DNA from: Hyphomicrobiales bacterium
Lineage (GTDB): Bacteria; Pseudomonadota; Alphaproteobacteria; Rhizobiales; Beijerinckiaceae
NCBI GenBank assembly: GCA_028290405.1
Contig: JAQGJX010000089.1
Span: 12 to 64,011 of the forward strand
Reading direction: 5' to 3'
DNA: 64,000 nucleotides
Positions within the stretch are counted from its first letter, which is position 1. Each line of letters starts with the position of its first letter. The notes beneath the pieces were generated by a model. It was not told the origin of the DNA. It did not search any database and was given only the letters and a program-made list of their open reading frames with translations. Positions 1 to 10,386 of the stretch are shown here, one piece after another. The position numbers were made by a program, and so were the translations under genes.

Positions 1-224
1 CCGAAGAACAGCAGGAACAATTGCATGAGCAGCGGCGTGCCCTGAAAAAACTCGATCCACAACGCCGCGAACCTGCGGGCGAACGAGAACCGCGACACGC
101 GCGCGAATAACAGCGCGCCGCCCACCACGCCGCCGCCGACGAACGCCGCGAGCGAGAGCGCAATGGTCCAGCGGGTGGCCAGCAGCAGGTTGGAGACGAT
201 GATCCAGAGGCTGAAATCGCTCAT
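1..224 (-). CDS. Amino acid ABC transporter permease (5' part; runs off the window start)
   Basis: ATG at 224-222 overlaps the TGA of the upstream permease. Manual translation MSDFSLWIIVSNLLLATRWTIALSLAAFVGG...IEFFQGTPLLMQLFLLFF is a HisM/GlnP-type permease N-terminus. Confidence 0.85.
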   Translation of the reverse strand, partial: MSDFSLWIIVSNLLLATRWTIALSLAAFVGGGVVGGALLFARVSRFSFARRFAALWIEFFQGTPLLMQLFLLFF

Positions 225-889
225 CAGGCAGGCCCCGGAAACAGGCGCGCGCCAAGGCGGCGCAGCAGCGCCCGGGCGCCGAGCGCCAGCGCGAGATAAA
301 GCACGGTGGCCAGCAGGTAGGATTCGAACGCCCGGAAATTGCGCGACTGCACAAGGTTGGCGGCATACGTGAGGTCTTCGGCCGAAATCTGCGACACCAC
401 GGCTGACCCCAGCATCACGATGACGATCTGCGAGGACAGCGCGGGCCACACCCGGCGTAGCGCGGGGATCAGCAGCACATGCCGCAGGATTTGTAGCCGC
501 GTGAGCGCCAGCGACAGGCCCGCCTCCATCTGCCCCCTGGGGGAGGCCTGCAACCCTGAGCGCACGATCTCGGTGGAATAGGCGCCGAGGTTGATCGACA
601 TGGCGAGGAACGCCGCCTGCGTCTCGTTCATCTTCAGCCCCAGCGCCGGCAGGCCGAAGAAGATGAAGAACAATTGCACGATGAACGGCGTGTTGCGGAT
701 CAGCTCCACGTAAGCGCCGACCAGAACGTCCGACCAGCGCGGCCCGAAGGCGCGCACGCTGGCGCACGCCACCCCGACCCCCACGCCGACAAGCGTGGAG
801 GCGGCGGTGAGGCCGATGGTGAACAGCGTGCCCTCAAGGAACACGCTCCAGTGCGGCAGCAGCTCGCCGAACTGCAGGCGATAGGCCAT
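224..889 (-). CDS. Amino acid ABC transporter permease (HisM/GlnP family)
   Basis: YVELIRNTPFIVQLFFIFFGLP motif and EAA-type loop (GAYSTEIVRSGLQASPRGQMEAGLSL). Confidence 0.93.
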   Translation of the reverse strand: MAYRLQFGELLPHWSVFLEGTLFTIGLTAASTLVGVGVGVACASVRAFGPRWSDVLVGAYVELIRNTPFIVQLFFIFFGLPALGLKMNETQAAFLAMSINLGAYSTEIVRSGLQASPRGQMEAGLSLALTRLQILRHVLLIPALRRVWPALSSQIVIVMLGSAVVSQISAEDLTYAANLVQSRNFRAFESYLLATVLYLALALGARALLRRLGARLFPGPA

Positions 890-893
890 GGGC

Positions 894-1682
894 CTAGAAG
901 CCCGCGGGCAGGGGGGCTTTCAGCCATTTCTCGGAGATTTTGCCCAGCTCGCCGGAGGCCTTCGCCTTGGCGACGATCTCGTTCACCTTGGCCAGCAGGG
1001 CCGGCTCGTCCTTGTTCAGGCCGATGAAGCAGGGGCTGTCCTTGATGACGAACTTCATCGCCGGCGCGCGCGCGGGGCTCTTCTCGGCGATCACGGCGGC
1101 GATGGTGTTGCCGGTCGCGATCAGGTCCACCTGGCCGGAGATGAACGCCGCGATGGTGGCGTTGTTGTCCTCGTAGCGCTTGATGGTGGCGGTGGACGGC
1201 GCCGTCTTGGTGAGTTCCTGCTCCTCGATGGCGCCGCGCGTGGCTCCCACGGTCTTGCCCGCCAGGTCTTCCGCCTTGCTCACCGCCAGAGCGCTCGTGC
1301 CGTAGACGCCCGAGAAGAAGGGCGCGTAGGCCACGGAGAAGTCGATCACCTTCTCGCGCTCGGCGTTCTTGCCAAGGCTCGAGATGACGAGGTCGGCCTT
1401 CTTGGTCTGCAGGTACGGAATGCGGTTGGCGCTGGTGACGGCGATGATCTCGACCGTGACGCCCAGCTCCTTGCCGATGAGGTTGGCCATGTCGACGTCA
1501 TAGCCCACGGGCTTCAGGTCCGGCCCGGCGGAGCCGAACGGCGCGAAATCCTGCGGCACCGCGATCTTGATGGTTTTCGCCTTGATAATGGCGTCCAAAG
1601 CGTCAGCTTGGGCGCCGGGCGCCCCGAAAAGAAGCATGCTGCCGAAAATAGCGGCGGTGGAAAGCGTTTTAATCAAAGACAT
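894..1682 (-). CDS. Amino acid ABC transporter substrate-binding protein (family 3)
   Basis: Signal peptide (AQA-DA), GYDVDMA, NRIPYLQTKKADLVIS and VGATRG motifs; first gene of the permease operon. Confidence 0.93.
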   Translation of the reverse strand: MSLIKTLSTAAIFGSMLLFGAPGAQADALDAIIKAKTIKIAVPQDFAPFGSAGPDLKPVGYDVDMANLIGKELGVTVEIIAVTSANRIPYLQTKKADLVISSLGKNAEREKVIDFSVAYAPFFSGVYGTSALAVSKAEDLAGKTVGATRGAIEEQELTKTAPSTATIKRYEDNNATIAAFISGQVDLIATGNTIAAVIAEKSPARAPAMKFVIKDSPCFIGLNKDEPALLAKVNEIVAKAKASGELGKISEKWLKAPLPAGF

Positions 1683-1752
1683 GATGCACCCCTGCGTGAA
1701 GATTGATCATGGAGGAGCAAAAGGCGGGCCAGCAGGGGCGCTGGCCATGATG

Positions 1753-1961
1753 GAGCCAGACCCAACCCTGCCCCTCCCCTGAGGGGAGGGAACGTAGTGC
1801 TTGCGGGATCAAGCGCCTAGCTGATGAAACCCTCGCACGAACTCCCTCCCCTCAGGGGAGGGCTGGGGTGGGGTAAGCCACGGCGTTTTGCAGGATTGAG
1901 CCAGACCCCACCCTGTCCCTCCCCTGAGGGGAGGGAACGCCGTGCTTGCGGGATGGAGCGC
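1753..1961. repeat. Cluster of three palindromic intergenic repeats (direct-inverted-direct), core CCCTCCCC-TGA-GGGGAGGG
   Basis: Near-identical ~64-bp units at 1753-1816 and 1898-1961 (gagccagaccc..ccctcccctgaggggagggaacg..gtgcttgcgggat..agcgc) and an inverted core copy at 1841-1879. Confidence 0.88.
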
Positions 1962-1973
1962 GTCGCCGACGGC

Positions 1974-2789
1974 TCAGGCGGTTCCCTCCAGCACCGCCGC
2001 CGCCGCCTGCATCTCGGCCCAGCGGCGCTCCCGGCGGGCGGCGGCCTCGAAGTCTTCGCCCCAGTTGCGGATCTGGAAATCCTCGTCCACGTGCGCGGCT
2101 TTCCAGGTCTCCTCAGCGCTCAGGAACCCTTGCGCGAACGCCAGCGCCAGCAGGGCGGAGCCCGTGAGGGTTGTGATGACGTTCAGCGCCGCCAGGCGCA
2201 GCGGGGCGGCGTCCCCCTCGCCGACGCTTTGCGCGACGGCCTTGCGGACGGCCGCCATGGCGGCGTCGCCTTGCTCCACGAACATCACGCCTTCCGCCAG
2301 AATGAAGAACGCGCCGTGGCGCTCGCGCATCCAGGCCAGCACCGGGTCCCACGCGTCGGCCTGTTCGGCCACCAGCGAGCGCGGGTCGCCCGCGCGGTAG
2401 CACAACAGGTCGGAGCCCGCGTACTTCACGATTTCGGCGGCCACCGCCTCCATCTCGCGCGACACGCCGTCGAGCGCCGAATTGACGATGCGCGTCACCG
2501 GCATGGCGGCGGGGTCGATCACGTCCGCCTGCGCCGCCCATTCCGCCGCGATCCGCTCGGCGAGGGCGCGCGAGGGCACGGCGAGTTCGTGGCGGGCGGG
2601 CGTGCGGGCGCGCCGCCCGTCCAGCGTCAGCGCGAAGCGGCCGTTGTCCTCGGCCACCGCAGCTTGCTTGTAGAAGCGCTTTGGGAGCGCTTTCTTCAGG
2701 TCGCGGCGGGCGAGTTCGTGCGGGTCGATTTTTTCGCCCGCGCTCGGGATCAGGGCTTCGGAGAGGTCGATGGGCTCTTTGTCGGTCAT
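1974..2789 (-). CDS. ATP12 family chaperone
   Basis: LPKRFYKQA, LDGRRARTP, IAAEWAAQ, MPVTRIVNSALD, DLLCYRA and AHVDEDFQIRNWGED motifs; conserved position downstream of the HAD hydrolase. Confidence 0.92.
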   Translation of the reverse strand: MTDKEPIDLSEALIPSAGEKIDPHELARRDLKKALPKRFYKQAAVAEDNGRFALTLDGRRARTPARHELAVPSRALAERIAAEWAAQADVIDPAAMPVTRIVNSALDGVSREMEAVAAEIVKYAGSDLLCYRAGDPRSLVAEQADAWDPVLAWMRERHGAFFILAEGVMFVEQGDAAMAAVRKAVAQSVGEGDAAPLRLAALNVITTLTGSALLALAFAQGFLSAEETWKAAHVDEDFQIRNWGEDFEAAARRERRWAEMQAAAAVLEGTA

Positions 2790-2794
2790 GGGCT

Positions 2795-3457
2795 CTATCT
2801 AGCACCTGCGGGCGCTGCGTCGAGCAGGGCCGCGAGCGCGGCGTAATCCTGCGCGATTTCGCGCGCGCCTGCGTCCAGCAGCGCCTGCGGGGCGTGATAG
2901 CCCCACGCGACGCCGATGGCCGCGACGCCCGCCGCGCGCGCCATCAGGATGTCGTAGGTGGAATCGCCGATCATCACCGTGTCGTGCGGCGCGGCGCCGG
3001 TTTCCGCCATCGCCGCCAGCACCATGCCGGGCGCGGGCTTGGAGGGATTGCCGTCCGCCGTCTGCACGGTGCAGAAGTGCCTCTCCCAGCCGGTCTTCTC
3101 GAACAATTGCATCACGCCCTTGCGCGACTTGCCGGTGGCGATGCCCAGCAGCACGTCCTCGCGCGCCGCCAGCGCCTCGATGGTCTCGCGGGCGCCGGGA
3201 AACAGCGGGTCGTCCCATCGCGGGTCGCCGCGCATGTCGTGCCATGCGTCCTTGTAGGATTGCGCCATGCTTTCGCACGGGCCGTCGGGTGCGAGCGTCT
3301 CGAACGCGGTCACCAGCGACAGGCCGACGATGGACAGCATGGCCTCGCGCGAGGGCGGCGCCATGTCGTGCGCGATGAACGCGCGCCGTCCCGCTTCGCA
3401 AATGTAGTTCTGGCTGTCGACGATGGTGCCGTCGACGTCGAAAATGACGAGCTTCAT
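2795..3457 (-). CDS. HAD-IA family hydrolase (phosphoglycolate phosphatase-like)
   Basis: IFDVDGTIVDS motif I, IATGK, SKPAP and MIGDSTYDILMA. Confidence 0.92.
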   Translation of the reverse strand: MKLVIFDVDGTIVDSQNYICEAGRRAFIAHDMAPPSREAMLSIVGLSLVTAFETLAPDGPCESMAQSYKDAWHDMRGDPRWDDPLFPGARETIEALAAREDVLLGIATGKSRKGVMQLFEKTGWERHFCTVQTADGNPSKPAPGMVLAAMAETGAAPHDTVMIGDSTYDILMARAAGVAAIGVAWGYHAPQALLDAGAREIAQDYAALAALLDAAPAGAR

Positions 3458-3493
3458 GATGTCACGACGCCTTGCGGCTTTGCGCCCAAGCGC

Positions 3494-4060
3494 TCATTCG
3501 GGAAATCGCGGCAGGGCGGTCTCGCCGGCCGGGGGCGCGACGCGGGCGACGTTCATGGTCAGCGCCAGCAATTGATAATAGCCGACGATGCCGCACAGAT
3601 CGATTACGCCCTTCTCGTCGAACGCCGCCAGGGCGCGCGCATACGTGGCGTCGCTCACCCGGCGCGTGTTCAGCGCTTCGCTCACGAAGTCCCATACGAT
3701 CTGCTCGTCGTGCGTCAGCGCAGTGGGCCTGCGTCCGTCGAGGATCGCCGCGATCGTGTCCTCCGTGACGCCCGCCGCCAGGGCGTGCTTGCGGTGCGCG
3801 CCCCATTCGAAATCCTGCGTCCAGTGGCGGGCCACCAGCAGGATGGCGAATTCGCTCAGGCGGCCCGAGATCGTGCAGCGGTAGCGCAGGTATTCGCCCA
3901 TGTGCTGCGCGCGCGTCAGCAGTTCCGGCGAGCGCACGAACACGTGCCAGGGGCCCGAGAACCCCACCTTGCGCGTGGCGACGAAATCGTCGTGCGCAGC
4001 CTTCTGTTCGGGCGTGTAGGCGTCGGCCGGCAGGGGCGGCAGGCGGGTCGTGGTCATCAT
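3494..4060 (-). CDS. Carboxymuconolactone decarboxylase/AhpD family protein
   Basis: Likely start ATG 4060 (ATGA overlap with the rluC stop). Motifs RLPPL, GPWHVFVRSPEL, GEYLRY, EFAILLVARHWTQDFEWGAH and GIVGYY. Confidence 0.85.
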   Translation of the reverse strand: MMTTTRLPPLPADAYTPEQKAAHDDFVATRKVGFSGPWHVFVRSPELLTRAQHMGEYLRYRCTISGRLSEFAILLVARHWTQDFEWGAHRKHALAAGVTEDTIAAILDGRRPTALTHDEQIVWDFVSEALNTRRVSDATYARALAAFDEKGVIDLCGIVGYYQLLALTMNVARVAPPAGETALPRFPE

Positions 4061-5343
4061 TCCTCCGGGGCGTCCATGATGGGGTCGTACTGGGCGATGT
4101 CGAAGCCGAACATGTCGAACGTGCGCTTCATGTGCGGGGGCAGGGGGGCGACCACGTCCAGCGTGCCGCCCGACGGGTTGGGAATGATGAGCCTGCGCGC
4201 CAGCAGGTGCAGCTTGCTCTCCACGCCGGCCGGAATGGCGCGCAACGGGTCCGTGCGGCGCGGATCGTTCGCCGCCATGTTCCCGTGGTATTTCGGATCG
4301 CCGATGATGGGATGGCCGATGGCTTCCGCATGGGCGCGCAACTGGTGGGTGCGGCCCGTGACGGGCTTCATGGACAGCCACGCGAGGCGCGGCGCGACCT
4401 TGTCCACCGTGGCGTAATAGGTGAGCGAGTGCTGCGCGTCATGTTCGCCATGCTTGGCGATGCGCATCTTCTCCGGGTCGCCGCCGCCCGCGTAGGCGGG
4501 CCGGCGCGCGCCGCGGTCGTCGCCCATGGCGGCGCCCTTGGCGAGGAACAGCGAGATGCGGCCCTGCGGGGGCTTGGGCACGCCCTCTACGACGGCCCAG
4601 TAGATTTTGCGCGCCTGCCGCGAGCGGAAGATTTCGCCAAGGTCGGCCGCCATGCGCCGCGTCTTGGCGATCAGCAGCACGCCGGAGGTGTCGCGGTCGA
4701 GCCGGTGCACCAGCACGGGCCGCTCGCCCATCTCCTCCGCCATCCCCTGCAGGATGCCGTCGATGTGGCGGGTGGTGCCCGAGCCGCCCTGCACGGCAAG
4801 GCCCCACGGCTTGTTGATGACCATGAGCTTGCGGTCTTCGAACAGGGTGATCTCGCGGATGAAGGCCGAGTCCTGCGCGGAGCCGGCCACCGGGCGCTTC
4901 ACGGCGGGCGAGGCGACGTCAAGCTTCAGCGGGGGCACGCGCACGGCGTTGCCCGCCGCGATCCGGTCGGAGCCTTCCACGCGCTTGCCTTCGAGGCGCA
5001 CTTCGCCCTTGCGGCAGATCTTGTTGAGGTGCGAAAGGCCGAGCGCCGGGAAATGGCGCCGGAACCAGCGGTCGAGGCGCATTCCGTCCTCGTCCTGCGT
5101 GACGATGAGCGTCTGCACCACGCCCGCCGCCTGCTCGTCCGGCGTCAGCGCGATCGGGGCGGGCTCGACGGCGGCGGGCGCCTTCACGGGCGCCTGCTCG
5201 GCCTCGGGGCGGCGCGGCTTCTTGAAGGCGGGGCGCTTGGCGGCGGGTTTCTTGGCGGCGAATTTCTTGGTGTCGGGCTTGCGCGCGGACGTCGCCTTGC
5301 CGGTCGCCGGCCTGCCGGACCGTTTGGGCTTGTTGGGGTTCAC
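4057..5343 (-). CDS. rluC: RluA-family pseudouridine synthase with S4 domain (RluC-like)
   Basis: S4 domain (DGMRLDRWF..LNKICRKGEVR), VHRLDRDTSG and GRTHQLRAH motifs. GTG 5343 overlaps the crcB TGA. Confidence 0.9.
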   Translation of the reverse strand: MNPNKPKRSGRPATGKATSARKPDTKKFAAKKPAAKRPAFKKPRRPEAEQAPVKAPAAVEPAPIALTPDEQAAGVVQTLIVTQDEDGMRLDRWFRRHFPALGLSHLNKICRKGEVRLEGKRVEGSDRIAAGNAVRVPPLKLDVASPAVKRPVAGSAQDSAFIREITLFEDRKLMVINKPWGLAVQGGSGTTRHIDGILQGMAEEMGERPVLVHRLDRDTSGVLLIAKTRRMAADLGEIFRSRQARKIYWAVVEGVPKPPQGRISLFLAKGAAMGDDRGARRPAYAGGGDPEKMRIAKHGEHDAQHSLTYYATVDKVAPRLAWLSMKPVTGRTHQLRAHAEAIGHPIIGDPKYHGNMAANDPRRTDPLRAIPAGVESKLHLLARRLIIPNPSGGTLDVVAPLPPHMKRTFDMFGFDIAQYDPIMDAPEE

Positions 5344-5723
5344 GAGAGACCTCGGATGAGTGACAGCGCGCCCGCGAGCGCGAGAATGGAAAGGAGGACC
5401 GAGCCTGCGACGTAGAGGCCGGCCTGCATGGCCTGCCCACGCTCCCACAGGAGCATGGCGTCGAGCGAAAAGGCCGAGAAGGTCGTAAAGCCGCCCAGAA
5501 CCCCGGTGGTGAGGAACAGGCGCGTGTGCTGCGTCCACGCTTCGCCCGCGCGAAACGCCAGCCAGCCTGCGATCAGCCCCATCAGGAACGAGCCCGCGAC
5601 GTTGACCGTGGCGGTGCCCCACGGAAACTCGAGGCCGCACCAGCGCGCGCAACCAAGATTGACCGCATGGCGCGCCATGCCGCCCAAACCGGCGCCGAAG
5701 AAGATGAGGAGGTAGGCGATCAT
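5340..5723 (-). CDS. crcB: Fluoride efflux channel CrcB/FluC
   Basis: GAGLGGMARH, FPWGTATVNVAGSF and TTGVLGGFTTFSAFS signatures; start MIAYLL at 5723. Confidence 0.95.
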   Translation of the reverse strand: MIAYLLIFFGAGLGGMARHAVNLGCARWCGLEFPWGTATVNVAGSFLMGLIAGWLAFRAGEAWTQHTRLFLTTGVLGGFTTFSAFSLDAMLLWERGQAMQAGLYVAGSVLLSILALAGALSLIRGLS

Positions 5724-5844
5724 GCGCTCTCTATAGACGCAGCAGGCCCCCGCGTCATCTCGCCAGAGCGCCGGGCGGCCCCTGCGCCATTGCGTTGGTC
5801 CGCGCGGCGGGCCATCTTGGCGCAAATTCCGGGGAGACGCGCAC

Positions 5845-6483
5845 TTGGCTCAGGTTGAAATCATCGGCTCGCCGCTCAGCAATTACGTCTGGAGCGTGCG
5901 CATCGCGTGCGCCGAAAAGGGCGTTCCCCATGTCTCCCGGCCCGCACGCCCGCATACTCCGGAGGTGGACGCCATTCATCCGCTGGGCAGGATCCCCGTG
6001 ATGCGCCATGGCGACGTGTCTTTGTTCGAGAGCCGCGCCATCTGCGCCTATCTGGACCGCGCGTTCGAGGGCCCGATGCTCGTGCCCGGCGACGCCGCGC
6101 AGGCGGCGGGGGTCGAGCAATGGGTGTCGTTCGCCATCACGGCCGCCGATCCGGCCATCGTGCGCGCCTATGTGCTGGCCTATCTGTTTCCCGGCACGCC
6201 CGACGGCGCCCCTGATCCCAAGCGGGTGGCGGCCGCGTTGCCGGCGCTTGAAAAGCTGCTCGGCGTGCTGGACGCGCAGATCGGCAAGGCCGGCTATCTC
6301 GCTGGGGCGTCGTTCACCCTGGCGGACATCTATCTCGTTCCAATGCTGGCGGTCGCCAACCGGCTGCCCGAGAGCAAGCAGATGCTGGCCGGTTCCGCGA
6401 ACCTGTCGGGCTATCTGCAACGCCAGCTTGCGCGCGACAGCGTGAAGAGCACAGCGCCTCCGCCGCCGCCCCCGAAGGGCTGA
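5845..6483 (+). CDS. Glutathione S-transferase family protein
   Basis: HPLGRIPVMRHGDVSLFESRAICAYL GST N-domain and YLAGASFTLADI; TTG start after GGGGAG. Confidence 0.9.
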   Translation: MAQVEIIGSPLSNYVWSVRIACAEKGVPHVSRPARPHTPEVDAIHPLGRIPVMRHGDVSLFESRAICAYLDRAFEGPMLVPGDAAQAAGVEQWVSFAITAADPAIVRAYVLAYLFPGTPDGAPDPKRVAAALPALEKLLGVLDAQIGKAGYLAGASFTLADIYLVPMLAVANRLPESKQMLAGSANLSGYLQRQLARDSVKSTAPPPPPPKG

Positions 6484-6492
6484 GCGGCGACG

Positions 6493-7803
6493 TCAGCTCT
6501 CGCCGCGCTCCTTGCGCAGCTTCGCCCAGTAGTCGAGCCGCTTGCCGATCTCGCGCTCGAAGCCGCGCTCCACGGGCTTGTAGAGCGATTGACGGCCCAG
6601 CGCGTCGGGCCAGTAGTTCTGGCCCGAGAAGGCGTCCGGCGCATCGTGGTCGTAGACGTAGTTCTCCCCGTAGCCTTCCTGCTTCATCAGCTTGGTGGGC
6701 GCGTTGAGGATTGTCTTGGGCGGCATGATGGAGCCGTGCTCCTTGGCGAGGCGCTGAGCGCCCTTCCAGGCCACATAGACCGCGTTCGATTTGGGCGCGG
6801 TGGCGACATAGACCACCGCCTGCGCCAGCGCGAGTTCGCCTTCAGGCGAACCAAGGAAGTCGTAGGCGTCCTTGGCGGCGTTCGCGATCACGAGCGCCTG
6901 CGGGTCCGCCATGCCGATGTCCTCGACCGCCATGCGCACGACGCGGCGCGCGAGGAACAGCGGGTCTTCGCCCGCGTCCAGCATGCGCGCGAGATAATAC
7001 AGCGCCGCGTCCGGGTCCGAGCCGCGCACGGTCTTGTGCAGCGCGCTGATGAGATTGTAGTGCCCCTCCTGGGCCTTGTCGTAGATGGGCGCGCGGCGCT
7101 GCACGATCTCCGCGAGCCGCGCCACGTCGAAGCTTTCGTCGGGCCTCGCCGCGCGCCAGATCTCCTCCGCCAGCGTCAGCGCCGCGCGCCCGTCGCCGTC
7201 CGCCATGCGCACCAGCGCAGCGCGGGCGTCCGCGTCCAGCGGCAGGGGCTTGCCTTCCAGCGCTTCGGCGCGCGCCAGCAGTTTCTCGATGGCCTCTTCG
7301 TCAAGCGCCCTGAACGTCATCACGCGGGCGCGCGAGAGCAACGCGGCGTTGAGTTCGAAGGAGGGGTTCTCGGTCGTGGCGCCGATCAGCGTGATCGTGC
7401 CGTCCTCCATCACGGGCAGGAAGGAATCCTGCTGCGCGCGATTGAACCTGTGGATCTCGTCCACGAACAGCAGCGTGCCGCGCCCCATGGCGCGCCGCTT
7501 GCGCGCTTCCTCGAACACCTTCTTGAGGTCCGCCACGCCCGAAAAGATGGCTGATATCTGCACGAACTCGAGGTTCGTCTCATGGGCGAGCAGGCGGCCG
7601 AGCGTGGTCTTGCCGGTGCCCGGCGGCCCCCAGAAGATCAGCGAGCCCAGCGATCCGCTGGCGATCAGCCGCGTCAGCGCGCCGTCCTCGCCGAGCAGAT
7701 GATCCTGTCCCGCAACGTCAGCCAGCCGCGCGGGCCGCAGCCTGTCGGCCAGCGGACGCGGCGCGCTCTTGTCGAAACCAGCGGCGGAGAAGAGATCGGA
7801 CAT
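6493..7803 (-). CDS. rarA: Replication-associated recombination protein A (RarA/MgsA)
   Basis: PLADRLRP, WGPPGTGKTT, FVDEIHRFNRAQQD, GATTENPSF, ISALHKTVRGSDPDA and APKSNAVY. Confidence 0.96.
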   Translation of the reverse strand: MSDLFSAAGFDKSAPRPLADRLRPARLADVAGQDHLLGEDGALTRLIASGSLGSLIFWGPPGTGKTTLGRLLAHETNLEFVQISAIFSGVADLKKVFEEARKRRAMGRGTLLFVDEIHRFNRAQQDSFLPVMEDGTITLIGATTENPSFELNAALLSRARVMTFRALDEEAIEKLLARAEALEGKPLPLDADARAALVRMADGDGRAALTLAEEIWRAARPDESFDVARLAEIVQRRAPIYDKAQEGHYNLISALHKTVRGSDPDAALYYLARMLDAGEDPLFLARRVVRMAVEDIGMADPQALVIANAAKDAYDFLGSPEGELALAQAVVYVATAPKSNAVYVAWKGAQRLAKEHGSIMPPKTILNAPTKLMKQEGYGENYVYDHDAPDAFSGQNYWPDALGRQSLYKPVERGFEREIGKRLDYWAKLRKERGES

Positions 7804-7936
7804 GATGGCGCATCTTCTGTTTCGGCCTGCGGCGCAGTGGCTTTTTCAACTCATGGGCTCGCCCGGCAGGCGCCGGCGCCGCGCTCGGCGGCCCCCGGAA
7901 TGGTGAGTCTTCCGAGTCACACTTCGACCTTTTGGG

Positions 7937-7962
7937 TTACAAACACCTTAGGGCATGGTTAA
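7937..7962. promoter_or_regulatory. CtrA-like binding array TTAC-N7-TTAG-N7-TTAA (minus strand reads TTAACCAT)
   Basis: ttac aaacacc ttag ggcatgg ttaa: three half-sites at 11-bp period in the rarA/parA divergent intergenic region. GANTC sites at 7905, 7914 and 7972. Confidence 0.6.
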
Positions 7963-8082
7963 TTTTGTTGCGACTCAACGGCTTTTCAACTTAGCTGAAG
8001 TACGGATCGGGCTTAGTTCGTGTTGCGTGCTCGACCAGGGAATGTGGGCTTGCGGCGGCGGCCCGGATCAGGGGACACTACA

Positions 8083-8826
8083 ATGCGGACGATAGCACTT
8101 GTCACCCAAAAGGGCGGCTCAGGAAAAAGCACGATAGCCTCATCGCTTGCGGTGGCGGCGCATGAGGCCGGCGAACGCGTGTTCGTCATCGACATGGACC
8201 CGCAGGCTTCGCTGCTGCGCTGGTACAAGCTGCGCGAGGACAAGAGCATCGCCGTGGAGGCCGTGAGCGCCGCCAAGCTGCCGGCCGCGATCGCCGCGCT
8301 GGCGAAGTCCGGCGTCACCCTCGTCATCATCGACACGCCCGGCTCCGATTCCGCCGTGTCGCAGGCCGCCATGAAGGCGGCTGACCTTTGCATCATTCCC
8401 TCCCGTCCGAACGCGTTCGACCTGTGGGCCAGCGAGTCGACGCGCCAGATGCTCAAGTCGCTGAAGAAGGAGTTCGTGTTCCTTCTCAACCAGTGCCCGC
8501 CCTCGCAGCAGAGCGCGCGCGTGCAGGACGGCGCCAAGGCGCTCGAGGCCATGGGCGGCATCATCACGCCGCTGGTAGGCTCGCGCGTGGACTTCCAGGA
8601 AGCGGCCCGCTACGGCTGGGGCGTGACGGAGATCAACCCGGCCGGCTATGCGGCCGACGAAGTGCGCAAGCTCTGGAGCTCGTTGAAGCGCCGCCTGCCC
8701 AAGGCCGTGAAGGCCGCGCCCGCCAAGCCTGCGGCGGCGCCTGCAAAGCCCGCGGCGGCGCCCGCAAAGCCGGTCGCCAAGGCGCCCGAGCCCGTGCGCC
8801 AGGACAATCGCAAGAAAGCAGCCTGA
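8083..8826 (+). CDS. Orphan ParA-family ATPase with C-terminal Ala/Pro/Lys repeat tail
   Basis: Deviant Walker A QKGGSGKST, DMDPQAS and IIDTPG; start MRTIAL at 8083 after GGGGA; no parB adjacent. Confidence 0.9.
   Translation: MRTIALVTQKGGSGKSTIASSLAVAAHEAGERVFVIDMDPQASLLRWYKLREDKSIAVEAVSAAKLPAAIAALAKSGVTLVIIDTPGSDSAVSQAAMKAADLCIIPSRPNAFDLWASESTRQMLKSLKKEFVFLLNQCPPSQQSARVQDGAKALEAMGGIITPLVGSRVDFQEAARYGWGVTEINPAGYAADEVRKLWSSLKRRLPKAVKAAPAKPAAAPAKPAAAPAKPVAKAPEPVRQDNRKKAA
8716..8778 (+). repeat. In-frame 21-bp tandem repeat x3 (APAKPAA APAKPAA APAKPVA)
   Basis: gcgcccgccaagcctgcggcg / gcgcctgcaaagcccgcggcg / gcgcccgcaaagccggtcgcc. Confidence 0.85.
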
Positions 8827-8854
8827 GCGGCCTTCGCTCATCGTGACGCGTCTC

Positions 8855-8880
8855 GCGCCGCCCTTCGGGGCGGCGCTTTT
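8855..8880 (+). terminator. Rho-independent terminator after the parA-like gene
   Basis: gcgccgccc-ttcg-gggcggcgc followed by tttt. Confidence 0.85.
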
Positions 8881-8889
8881 CGTTGGCGG

Positions 8890-10296
<1,407 letters not shown>

Positions 10297-10386
10297 GAAA
10301 AGGCTCCGGGGGAATGGCTGCAAGAAGCCTCAGATATAAGGGCTCGCGGCTTCGCCCGCAAAGAACGCGGCGCGCACGGCGGCGGT

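Noticed and set aside
1753-1961. CRISPR array
   Set aside because: Only three units, one inverted, with irregular spacing and no cas genes in the window.
4061-4381. Long N-terminal extension of the CMD ORF (track 3494..4381)
   Set aside because: It overlaps the rluC coding region in another frame; the ATGA-coupled start at 4060 explains the gene.
5724-5844. Fluoride riboswitch upstream of crcB
   Set aside because: ATGG and GATGAC-like words are present, but the P1 stem and pseudoknot complementarity cannot be formed.
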